64,000 nucleotides of DNA from Antedon mediterranea (lineage: Eukaryota > Animalia > Echinodermata), in NCBI RefSeq assembly GCF_964355755.1, contig NC_092679.1:6726201-6790200 (forward strand). The letters are read 5' to 3'. Positions 25,273 through 37,400 of this stretch are shown here, in pieces. Within the stretch, counting starts at the first letter, position 1, and every line of letters starts with the position of its first letter. Both the position numbers and the translations under genes were made by a program. The notes under the pieces were generated by a model that saw nothing but the letters and a program-made list of their open reading frames with translations, made no database searches and was not told the DNA's origin.

Positions 25273-27573
25273 ATGCGGTTGACTTGCAATGCAGAAGTTG
25301 TCAACCGGCAGTTATCAGCTCAAGGAATGCGCAAGAAAAGTCAACCAATTCGTACATTTCTTTCAATTGGGCGTTCAAAATCAACAGACAGTAAAACAGG
25401 AGCCATTTTTCTCATGGTTTGCACGGCTAAGGACAGAGTTGGCACCAAATATAAGGTACAGTACTACAGCATTCAGATAATTGTTTGTGTATTTTTGCTT
25501 TTTTAGCTTTACACAGTAGTTTGAGGTACTCTAGAATTTGCATTCTCAATCAAAGTGTAAAATAAAACTTCCCTCTTTTTACTACTGTAGTGTACAATTT
25601 TCACAACCAATACCAACTCAAACATTGATGTTATACACACTATAGAGTAGATTCTCAATATTAACAATGATATATCAAAGGTACAGTATAACACACTAAA
25701 CAGTATAGAAAGAAAAATTTCATCCGAAAGCAAAGCAGCCCAGACAGAGCAGTAAGAAGTCTACTCAGAGAACAAAGACATTAAGTCAAGTCATTTACCA
25801 GTAATATTTGTTTAACTGTTTCATTTTAGTTGCGTGACAATGTGCAGAATATCTTTGGCAAATTTATACAAGATGGAAAAGCTACAATTAGACTGAAAGT
25901 TCCACCGTTTGATATTCAACTTCAAAAGGTTTGTCAAGATCTAAGTCTTAGATCAGGTTGTTTTTCGATACAAACTTTTTAATCAATTTATTAATTTTAT
26001 TCACAGGCAGATCAGGTATCTTTGAAACACTTCCTTTCCATTGTGAAATTAGGACATCAAAACCGAGATATGGATAAAGTCAAACTGTCAATATTAGCAC
26101 CAGCGACATCTTCGCAAGTCGAACCGTTAAAAGTACGCTTAAACATCACCGACCGTCAGAACTATCCACTAGCAAATGGGTTCCCACGGACGCTGGAGAC
26201 ATTACGAGTTTGCAACTGCATGCTGAAGAAAGTGGATTCAAGAATTCTAATGTTAAAACAACTCCGAAGTCTGGACTTCAGCAATAACCGGTTCCAAACA
26301 TTACCAGAACAACTCTCTCAAATACCAACTCTTGCCGAGCTTAAATTAACTGGGAATTTCCTACTGGAAGTTCCCAAATGTATATGGACTGGAAAGTTAC
26401 AACATAGTCTTAAAATGCTTGATCTTTCCGATAATAAACTTCAATATATATCACCTGACATTACCAAAATGTCTTCATTGGTCAGACTTAACCTTAATTC
26501 AAATGAAATCAAGAAACTTCCCTCAAATTTTGGTCAGTTAAGTGCTCTTAAATTCTTCTCGGCTGCCAGAAACAAATTGAGAAATTTGCCAGCAACGTTT
26601 GGTGATTTGCGGATGGAAGAATTGGATTTAAGTGGGAACGAATTTGAAAAAGACAGTGATATACAGCTGCTTAATCAAGATTATATTGTAATGCCACTTA
26701 CAGAACTAGCTGCAAGAATTGTTGCAAAATTTAGGTAAATATAGGTTATATTTTACATGATTTTAACATGATTAAATTTGAATTTTTTAATTATTACAAC
26801 CCTGGCCTGTTTGTGTTTAAGGATCTATATTTCATTTCTTTTTCAAACAATCCAGCATAAAATAATATAGGATATATGAAATCACTATTAAATAATATAG
26901 GATATATGAAATCACTATTAAATTTAATAGTTAAACTGATAATTATGAACAGTAGGCCTATGTATATATAGCCTGCATTTTTAACTACCGTAATTAAAAA
27001 ACAAACAAACAAAAACATATGTTAAAGTTTAATGGTAGAAAGTAAGCTTGCCTTCCAACCCCAACATCCAGGCTTCTTCAATCCTGACTTAGATCCAGGG
27101 TAGTTCAGCAACTCACGACTGTACTCTCACTCAGCCTTAAATGCAACTTCCATCCTGTAATTTTCGAGCTACTTGCTGTTGGATCTGTATGAAAATCACA
27201 TAACATGTATCAACTTTGCAAGTCAACCTAGCTAATGATAATAAATTGTCCAGAATATTATCATCTAATTATGAAGTTCATTTAATATTTAGTATTTTTC
27301 CTTGTTTTTTGTAGGCTACCACATGATCCAAGTACGCTGCCAGCTTATTTGTGTAAATACCTGATGAGGACCAAGATGTGTGTATGCTCTCGTGAATGCA
27401 TCTTGCCTTACGCTACCGCGCTTCGCAGCATTGATTTGCGCCAAACTGCTCACATCATCACAAGGACGGAGAACACTGGAGTGACAGCACCTTTACAAAC
27501 GTTCCTTTGTTCAACTCGCTGTTATAAAAACATTTTAAGAAATTCAAAATGTTTATGGAAATGCAAACGGTGA
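25273..27573 (+). CDS. LRR1: Leucine-rich repeat protein 1 (CUL2-ELOB/C substrate receptor for replisome unloading), 422 aa, 4 exons
   Basis: Exons 25273-25455, 25830-25928, 26007-26734 and 27315-27573 total 1269 nt, in frame, GT-AG. The N-terminus MRLTCNAEVVNR...GTKYK|LRDNVQNIFGKFIQDGKATIRLK resembles recalled human LRR1 (MKLHCEVEVISR...LRENIEQFFTKFVDEGKATVRLK). It is followed by tandem LRRs, a BC-box/Cul2-box (PLTELAARIV...LPAYLCKYL) and a Cys-rich C-terminus. Confidence 0.93.
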
Positions 27574-28057
27574 AGATCTTTATTTAACTTAATTTAGCAT
27601 AACTTAAATGTAACTTGCATTATAAATGTGGTTGTTATACATACACAGAACATATGCCAAAGATATTTTTCATTCTTATAAAACGCATTAATTTTACTGA
27701 TCTACTACTACTTCTTAAAAATTAATATCAAGTATACAGGACTGCATATACAGTATAATATAACGATTTGTTTTTTTGTAATGTTTGTAAAAATGTATGT
27801 CAAAATACGAGAATTTTATACCATATACCTATAATTTAGAAAAATTAAAAAAAACCTTAAAATTCAATGTAAATAAAAGTTAATTTGTATTTAATTTATT
27901 AATATTATTTTTTCTAAATATTAGTCATGTACAGTATATTATTTCTGCTTGTATTGTGATTTTTAAGAGATATGAATAAATATAACGTATAATAAATAGT
28001 ATCTTTATTTTTCATTTAAATTTTGTTGAAGGTGCCAGTTTTGTGAAAGCACTGTAA

Positions 28058-28238
28058 AGGGACCGTCTTTCACACCTGTTCCGACACGGTTACGGTCCGG
28101 CGAATCAAACATCAATGTTTCGTTTTCATGCGGCTATGCACCAATCGATATGCACATAGCCGCGGGAAAACAAAACATTGACGTTCGATTGGATTTTCCG
28201 GGGCTGGAACCGTGCCGGAAATGGTGTGAAAGACCCTT
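28058..28238. mobile_element. Palindromic MITE (TIR ..GTCTTTCACACC)
   Basis: The ~180-bp element is self-complementary (gtctttcacacc..ttccg.cacggtt / aaccgtgccggaa..ggtgtgaaagac). A half copy lies at ~36220-36311. Confidence 0.8.
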
Positions 28239-31200
28239 AACAATACAAGATACCGTCAACCTTGCCTACTACTATACAACAATATATGAAATGCAAATGT
28301 AAAGACAGACATGAGGTACCAACCACCCACAGATTTAGTTTTAAATGAATGGAACTCGTACTTCGTCACAGAAAAATAGACGGTATCTATATAACAGAAC
28401 ACACAATTTGAGAAGCAGTACAGTAGTATTTATAGAAGTATTTAAAATATACTACTTAAATATAGTGTGTTCCAGCTATCTTACATTTCTACCTGAGGAA
28501 TCCCATCACGATGTTTGACTATGTGATTTTAATTTGCTTGGCTTTTGAAAATGTTATATTTTGGATATTACTATTAATAAAGAGATCCATTAAAATTAAA
28601 TTGTCTTATTATTTTCAGCAGAATAATAATCAATCAACAATACTTGGTAGTGGTACATGAAAAAAATGTTGATGGCACCAGCAATTTATGATTGCAATAC
28701 AAATTTCTTATTTAATGTTTGGAATTAAGACTGTGATTAGTATTATGTGGCCTAGTATAAAACAATATGGAATTAGCTACAGAGACTAAGAAGACACCAT
28801 ACGTCGTCACCTTAGCTAGAGTAGTACAGTAGTCTGGTCTGGTGCATCAACCCACGGCCTGTCAGGCCTCCACACCTAGCTAGGCCTAGCCGTTTTACTC
28901 TTCAGATTTTAGACGTACCAAAGACATATTTTATTACAAAAAGCTTCTATTATTTGTCTACAATAATACAACATAAAGATTCAAATGAATCTATGCCCAA
29001 TCTAATCTAAATTATGTACACAAAATTAAAAATACATTTCCTGCCTTTTATCTTTAAACGTGCTCGAAAACTTCTTACAAATATGGCGGCATCATTAGCT
29101 GAAAGCCCTGAATTTTACAACAAGAAACCCTTACAAAAATCGTCCGCTGATTCGTGGGAACTTTTTGTATCCATTTACAGTTACTGTAGCACAATTACTC
29201 TCTTGATTAAATGTGTATGTTTCGGGCATATATGATGAAATAAAATATTGAAACCAAATTAAAAAACACAACTTCTGTTATTATGCCTTGAATTTCAGGT
29301 TTTTATTTCCATATTCTTGTACCAATCTTGTACAACTGAATCAACAAATTCCATAACCAAGTTTAATCTATTTATATATGTACTTACGTATTTGCTATAA
29401 AACTCTTTACCAGTTTTGAATAATGAACTTTATTATAACTGTACATTTTTATTTTCTCAGATATCATACAACTTCACAAAGTTCTAATACACACAGACAT
29501 GTTAAGAAAAACCTTGAGATCATCTCTGTTTGAATAGACAAACAGTACACATATCGAGACGTTACTATAGCTTAAATATTGAGGTTGAATTAAGGATATA
29601 TTGTTTTATGACTTTTCTAACAATTACTTCTAATTAGGCACTTTTTCTTGTAGTTTGCTTCATTTTCAAAACATTAATTACTGCTAAACAAGAAAAATGC
29701 TTTAAAATGTAAAAAATGTGTAATTTCTGAGTTTCCATACATTTCACTACTACAGCACGTTGAATTTAAAGAATATAAAGTACGCAACCATTAACAAAAC
29801 TTAGAAAGTCCAAATGGGAGGAATGCCTCGGGTTTAAACACACTCCACATTGAACACAACTTAAAAACATATCTGTGATATATTCGCATCTCTGTACAGT
29901 AACATATTAAACACATGTCAAATTGACCAAAAAATAATTAAATTATATTTAGACTAGAATAGATGCCAATATTATATTCAATATTTCTGCAAGCTTTTTA
30001 TAATACATCACTGTAAGATTGTTATAGACAGTTTTGGATAGAGTGTGGATTAGCTGTATATAGACTTTGTCCCAGATAATTCACTACTGTAAAAAATGTT
30101 ATATGTTTATGCTTTAAGCTACAGCAAATTGAATATCGCAAATGCAATTTTTTCTTGCTCTACACAATATAAATTATACACTTACAAGGTGCAACGGAAG
30201 ATTGTTGTATGTACATGTTTACTTATAAATTGTTTCAATATGTATTTTTCCCGATAGATTACAATGATAAAATATAAATTTGAAAAATTGCATTTTTCTA
30301 TTAAATTAAATTTCAATAATACTCAGTTTAATAATAATTTATTATACACTGAATGAACCGTAATCAAAAAGCTGTTATATGCATTATGCTAGAAATATAT
30401 TGACCAAATTTCAGGTAAATTTATTTCTGTATACGTAGGATGCAATATACTTTTTCATAGGTAATAATTATATGTATATTAATAAAATAAACCAAAATAC
30501 CTTTCCATTTAGATTATTTTAAGCTAATTTTAGGCTGCAATAATATTATCACAAAAGTTGTTACCTTGTCTTATTCCAGGAAATATACTGGCTTTCAAAA
30601 TACTATGGAGAGGGTTAAAAACCCAAAAATCCACTCTATGATTCTTATTGGCGCTTTTTCATACAGTAGGTTAGCAAGTGCGTGATTGCTAGCCAAAATT
30701 AGGAAGTTAGATACATCTACTCTACTACAGTAGTATTGTACTACCGAAAATGTTTTTATTAGTTCTATGAGGTACATGGTAGTTCATTTTTGTTTTGTTT
30801 TTGTTTTGTTTTTGTTTGTTTCACCTCATATCTCCCAAAACCAGACTCCCTGACAACTGTAATCTTCCAAACAAATCAGAATTCTCAAAAGGTCCAACCT
30901 TTCTCCTATTTTAAATTGGAGTCTGAAAATCTGGAACTTTAGGCCAGCCTAACTGTGGCCTGTTTGGGCCATCTTAAGGGTGGCCTAAAGTTGACCGACT
31001 AGTATTAGTGCTATTTATTAAGTAACTTTTATCAGATTGTATAAATCATTTATAAATAATTGTACATGTAATCAATTATGCCTCTATTGTTCAGCTATAT
31101 TTAGACATGGGTCTCAAACAGACCTACAGTATACTAATATTTCTGTAACAACATTCATCAAAATAAAATCAGCAGTCAGTTCTCTAAATAGGCCTATACA

Positions 31201-31482
31201 ATCCAACATAGACACTGCTTAAATATACAGGTATTTAATAATTACACGGTTAACACAACACAACTGCTATGTATTGCAAATAAAACAAAACATTATGGAA
31301 TTCTGATTTCCCGCAAATATTTTCACACTAAATACAAACCCAGACACACTCCGATTTCACCCACCCACACACCTACCAACAAAAACACCCTTCCCCCTTC
31401 CACACACAATTTTCTACATAATACAGTTATATGCAGCAAGTAATGGGTTTGTTAACACTAAATAATATCACCTGTTTTACTG

Positions 31483-34400
31483 TTAAAAATCAACTTCATC
31501 AAAACCGAAAGGTGGCTCTTCGTCATTAACGAAGGCTTCCATCAAAACACTGGGAAATGAGTTCTCAACCGTTACATATGGTGACTCCACAATATCGTAA
31601 ATTGATTGGTCAAAGGTCATATGTTTTTCTTCTTCTGGTTCTTCTAATTTTGTTTCTTCTTCGATTTCTTTGGTGCTTTTTTCTTCTTGCTTGTTCACCG
31701 TCTGATCTGGTTTGGTTTTGTCCTCTTTTTCAAACTCTTCCAAGTTCTTTGGTGGTTTTAACTTCTTCAATTCTTCTCTTAGTTGAGCTGTATGTCTCTG
31801 TGAGTAATATACACAATATGTTTAAAACACTAGGTGTGAACAAGGCCTAAGACCTTCGCACTCCTCAAATAAATGAAGGGTCTTCACACTCTGTTATATA
31901 ACTGGTGCTTTTATTATAGATTAATGATACAACAAAATGTTTTTACCTTTATTGCTGTCAAGTGATGAGCCATGGTCTTTCCAACACGCTTGTTCTCACA
32001 ATATCTGGTAAGCAACGCCACCCACTCCTCACACTGCGCCATTACTTCTGCCCTCTTCAGGTAGAAGTGATTTTGTATTACCTAATCAAATAAATAAAAC
32101 CAAAGAAAACTATGTTAATTTAAAAGTCCAATGAATTTTATATTTGCTATCATTTTATACCTGCGACATCATTTCTTTTATACAGTTGAATGTCTATTTA
32201 AGAGACACCCAAGAAAGTTAGCAACATATCACGAGAAAGTGTTCCCTTAATAGGGATGCACTAACCTAAAGAAGGGTATCCTCCAGAGAAGAAGTGTCTC
32301 AAAGGAGGGGTGTTATAAAGTAGAGGTGTCTCAAAGGAGGGGTGTTACAAAGTAGAGGTGTCTCAAAGGAGGGGTGTTACAAAGTAGAGGTGTCTCAAAA
32401 GAGGGGTGTTACAAAGTAGAGGTGTCTCAAAAGAGGGGTGTTACAAAGTAGAGGTGTCTCAAAGGAGGGGTGTTACAAAGTAGAGGTGTCTCAAAGGAGG
32501 GGTGTTACAAAGTAGAGGTGTCTCAAAGGAGGGGTGTTACAAAGTAGAGGTGTCTCAAAGGAGGGGTGTTACAAAGTAGGTGTCTCAAAGGAGGGGTGTT
32601 ACAAAGTAGAGGTGTCTCAAAGGAGGGGTGTTACAAAGTAGAGGTGTCTCAAAGGAGGGGTGTTACAAAGTAGAGGTGTCTCAAAGGAGGGGTGTTACAA
32701 AGTAGAGGTGTCTCAAAGGAGGGGTGTTACAAAGTAGAGGTGTCTCAAAGGAGGGGTGTTACAAAGTAGAGGTGTCTCAAAGGAGGGGTGTTACAAAGTA
32801 GAGGTGTCTCAAAGGAGGGGTGTTACAAAGTAGAGGTGTCTCAAAGGAGGGGTGTTACAAAGTAGAGGTGTCTCAAAGGAGGGGTGTTACAAAGTAGAGG
32901 TGTCTCAAAGGAGGGGTGTTACAAAGTAGAGGTGTCTCAAAGGAGGGGTGTTACAAAGTAGAGGTGTCTCAAAGGAGGGGTGTTACAAAGTAGAGGTGTC
33001 TCAAAGGAGGGGTGTTACAAAGTAGGTGTCTCAAAGGAGTGGTTCTACGGTACTCAAAACAACTTACATTTTTAAAAACTAGTGGAGGATTACGGACCAT
33101 TTCCAGCATGGCCCATCTGACCGTTGCTTGCATGATGTTGGCATCGTAGTCGTGGGAACTCTGAGTACCTGCTGGCGTTCCTCTTGACCTCTCGTATCCA
33201 GGCTCATTAAAATATGGTTCAGAGACTAGAATAAGTGACTGTATGGAGACTAGCACCTGTAGGATAGAAAACCATATGGTTTTATTGGTTGGATTGAATA
33301 GATGGTAGGATGAGGTCACCCAGTATAGTTATTTTGCGCAATCAAATTATTTATTACTAGAGTATCTTGAATGTAATCAGCTATTTTCAAAATCTAAAAA
33401 AGTTGCATACCTGTAGAAAACTTGATGTGTTTGGATTCCATTTTTCCTCTGGCCTCCCATGCCATGTATTTAATATACTTAAACAAACCTGAAAACAACA
33501 AAAATGCCAACAAATTGTTAAAGAAAAGTCTCAGTTTTAGTACTGTACTGCTTTCTTTTTAAACCTCTGTTTACGCAATTATCTATTTAACAAGCTTGTT
33601 AGGGTTAATCACTGCCTACTAAATAGAAAATAAATAATTACTGTAGTAATTATTATTACTACAGTAATTACTACAATATCTACATAGAATCATTTTGAAA
33701 TGATCTACGGATGATTCTGGTTTCAGGAGAGTTATGTACAGTACAGTATATCAGATTTGTCTAACCGTTGTTCTTGGTGCTGTGATGCCTGTGGTTACTC
33801 TGTGCTTCCCCTCTCTTTAGCAAATGCAATTTACAACATTATTATAGGAGCCAAAATAATATGTTAAAATCAAAACTAGTAACATGATAATAGTTGACCT
33901 ACCTTTCCATCATTATATAGGTTAGGATTAAAACGTATACTATGTTGGCCAGTTGTCTCTAAATTAATTTGCATAGGCGAGGTTGGGTAGTCAGAAGGGA
34001 AGTAAACATCAAATTCAAAACATCCATTTGCATATGGTGTATCACCTGGACCTGTTATTAACACCTGTATCAAAAAAAGAGTAGCACATTTTTATTCCAA
34101 TTTATGTTTTGTTTCTTTTAACAACCATATATATGACCATAGAGGCAACCTCTAAAATATTATTTTATATATATGTATATTATTTTTCACCGTCATTAAG
34201 TTCCAATGAATATATATTTAAATTACAGTCGACTCTCACAATACTGGACTTTCTGAAAACAAGAAGTTCTCTCAATACCAGACTTTTTTCAAGGTTCAAA
34301 TTTATTTTTAACATTAAAAACACATTCTGAATACCAGACTTTCCAGAAAACCAGACATATTTGGCCAGCCCAAGGGTGTCCTGTATTTGGAGAGTTGACT

Positions 34401-37400
34401 GTTTCATTTTTTATTGCATGTTGGGGATATAAAGGTTAAAGTTACATCAAAGATTGAAATTCGATGATTATTAAATTATCCTTACCTTCATTAAGTCCAA
34501 TCTTTCTTCATCGCATCGTACAAAAACACTTGAGCTCGCAGATAACGGCAATGATGTTGAGATTGTTACTGCCTCCTGAGCTAATCTTCGAGCTCGTTTT
34601 GGGTTTTTCACGTTACCAGATAAGTTAATGCTGGAGGAGTAGTGATGTGGGATGTTGAACCGTGTTTTACCATTTTCATCTTCTGTTACCATTTGATAAG
34701 TGTCTAAAAAAAGAAAATATTACATTTTAATGATATAAGTGAGTAATAACACTATAGACCAATATATATTGGATTTAAAATAGTAATATTAAAATGCCTA
34801 TTTTATTATGCCAATTGTGTAACTCCTTGTAATATTGCACCATTACATTAATATAATTTGAGCAATTATTCTGTACATGTTTAAATATCATAATATATAT
34901 TTTTATTTACTAACTGTAATGTATCAGTACAGAATTTCTCCTAACTAATAAATTTAATTCATATTACTTTGAACATACCAAATTGAAGTTTCTTGATGAT
35001 TGCACAATACCTCTCCTCCGGGGTAGATGCTAGTAGCGGTGGTATTGAGGTTGATGTATTTGCACTATCTGTATTATCTAAAAAAGAATATACACAAATA
35101 AATATAACTGTTAATTAATATGAAAATAAATGTACAGTAGCAATGCAGTTTTGGGTGTCACAGTATCACAATTAGGAAATAGAAAAACATACAGATTATA
35201 AAGAGCTCCACTCTTCCATTTCACACTCTGCATTTTGACAACTAATGAACTATTAATATGAATATCTGTATATATTACCTGATGTTCTGTATTTCTTTGT
35301 AGCTTTCCTTACAATCTCTACAGTGTTTTGGATGTCAGGAACCAGTAATGTCAATCCCTCTGTCTCGGGATCGTCACTATTAGCTGCAAAATCTTTGATA
35401 TTCTTCCGAGGAACTTTACTATCTTTATTCAGTCTACAAATAAAAATAGTCAACAATATCTGTTTCCAATACATAGACGTAGGTCTACTCTTAAGGATAT
35501 TTATGGTAAAACATACGACATGCTCCTGCTGTAGTTCACATTATACTTGTAGCACTTTAGATGTTATTTGTTAAAATGTTTGACAACTCTTCCAACAACC
35601 ACACTCATTTAAAACCAAACCTTTTCAATGTTTCAGAGGGCTTAAATTTAATAATAATAATTAACTTGGAAAACTAGATATTCTACAAAAGTGGCTCTGG
35701 TGGTTGTCTTGCTTGCTTACCCAGGGTCTTTAGTTCAAATCCTGTTAATTTCCAGGATTTCTACTTCCACACTACATGAGCTTCCCATCCTGTAATTGGC
35801 AAGTCATTTATTTACTTTAAAAAAAAAACAACAAAAAACAGGAATTTCCCCCAGAACATGATGTTCAGTTTTGGGATAGCCAAATGCAAAAGCTAGGCTA
35901 CAAAATACTTACTGCAATTTGGAAGTATAGGTATCAACACAGCCTTTGAGGCTCTCCAGCAGGCTTGTGATACATGTTGTGGTAGTGGGTACTTCATCAT
36001 CTTGGTCTGGTAACGGTAGAAGCAACTCTACCATATTTGGACATGAAGAAAACGCTCTTAACAGCTCTAATACTGCACAATATAAGGGTATATGCCTGGC
36101 CATATCTAAAACTGTGAATCAAAGATGATTATATTTACTAATAATAAATATAGTTTATTTTATTCTATCAAGTAACATTAAAATAGTTTAGACACTGCTA
36201 TAGTTAACACAATAATAAATCGGTGCATAGCTATGTGGAGCTTCGTGAAAACAAAACATTGGCATTTAAATCGGACTGAAACCGTGCAGGAACATGTGTA
36301 AAACACCCTTTAGGCCTACACAACAATCTAGACACCTGCCTACATTTAGGAATTGACTTAACTAAAAAACAAAAGACGATTCCATTTTTTCTGAAGTTTT
36401 GATTTAGTGAATAGTGAATTTGATCAACTCTTTATCCAAGAATATAGTGGTCTATTCTTATAAACGTCTTATACAAAAAATGAAACATTCAATAGAAGAA
36501 ATTGGATCTTACCGGAATCGTTTCTTAAATATGAAGAGATGGCGGGTAAAAGACATGAGTGACTCAGAAGCTTAACAAACATTGGTGGAAAGACTGCCGA
36601 TAATTGGTCCTCGGTCATACCTTCACAAGCGCCCTCTTTTGATTCCAATTGCCCACTGGGGTTAATGAAAGCAGACAGTACCTGTAAAGTAACATAATAA
36701 TTTTAAAATTAAAAATGAATTTAAACATATTTTGACAATCTTGATTATAACTCTCAAATATTTGTCATGTGAAAGTTTTAGCAACACTGGGATAACAACA
36801 CTGTACTTAAAGTACAAAGCAATGTGGATTGAAGACACAGGCTTTAATATAATATTGCACTGTTTTGAAGATATCTAGATTCTCTGACTCAAGATAATGA
36901 TGATTAAGATAATGATGATTAAGATAATGGTGATTAAGATAGTTATGATCAAGATAATGATGATCAAGATAATGATGATCAAGATAATGATGATCAAGAT
37001 AATGATGATTAAGATAATGGTGATTAAGATCATGGTGATTAAGATAATGATGATCAAGATAATGATGATCAAGATAATGATGATCAAGATAATGATAATC
37101 AAGATAATGATGATTAAGATAATGATGATTAAGATAATAATGATCAAGATAATGATGATTAAGATAATGGTGATTAAGATAATGGAGTTTTAAGATAATT
37201 ATAATAAATGATTGATCACCTGTAGTAGGCATGTCACATGCTCCTCTTCTACCTTTTGTTTATTAAGTGCCTGCTCAACGTCCCATCCAGAGGTTGTTGA
37301 ACCTGTTCCAAATCCTGTACCCTTAGCCCAGTAATTCTGACTCTTTTCATTCTCAGAACCGGCTGCATTTCCGACTCCATTGACGCTACTTGATGCCTAT

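Noticed and set aside
32294-33039. CRISPR-like array (32-bp repeats)
   Set aside because: The units are contiguous with no unique spacers, there are no cas genes, and it lies in a eukaryotic intron. It is a minisatellite.
36807-37232. His-rich, poly-Ile and MMIKI ORFs
   Set aside because: These are translations of a 15-bp minisatellite inside a BIRC6 intron.
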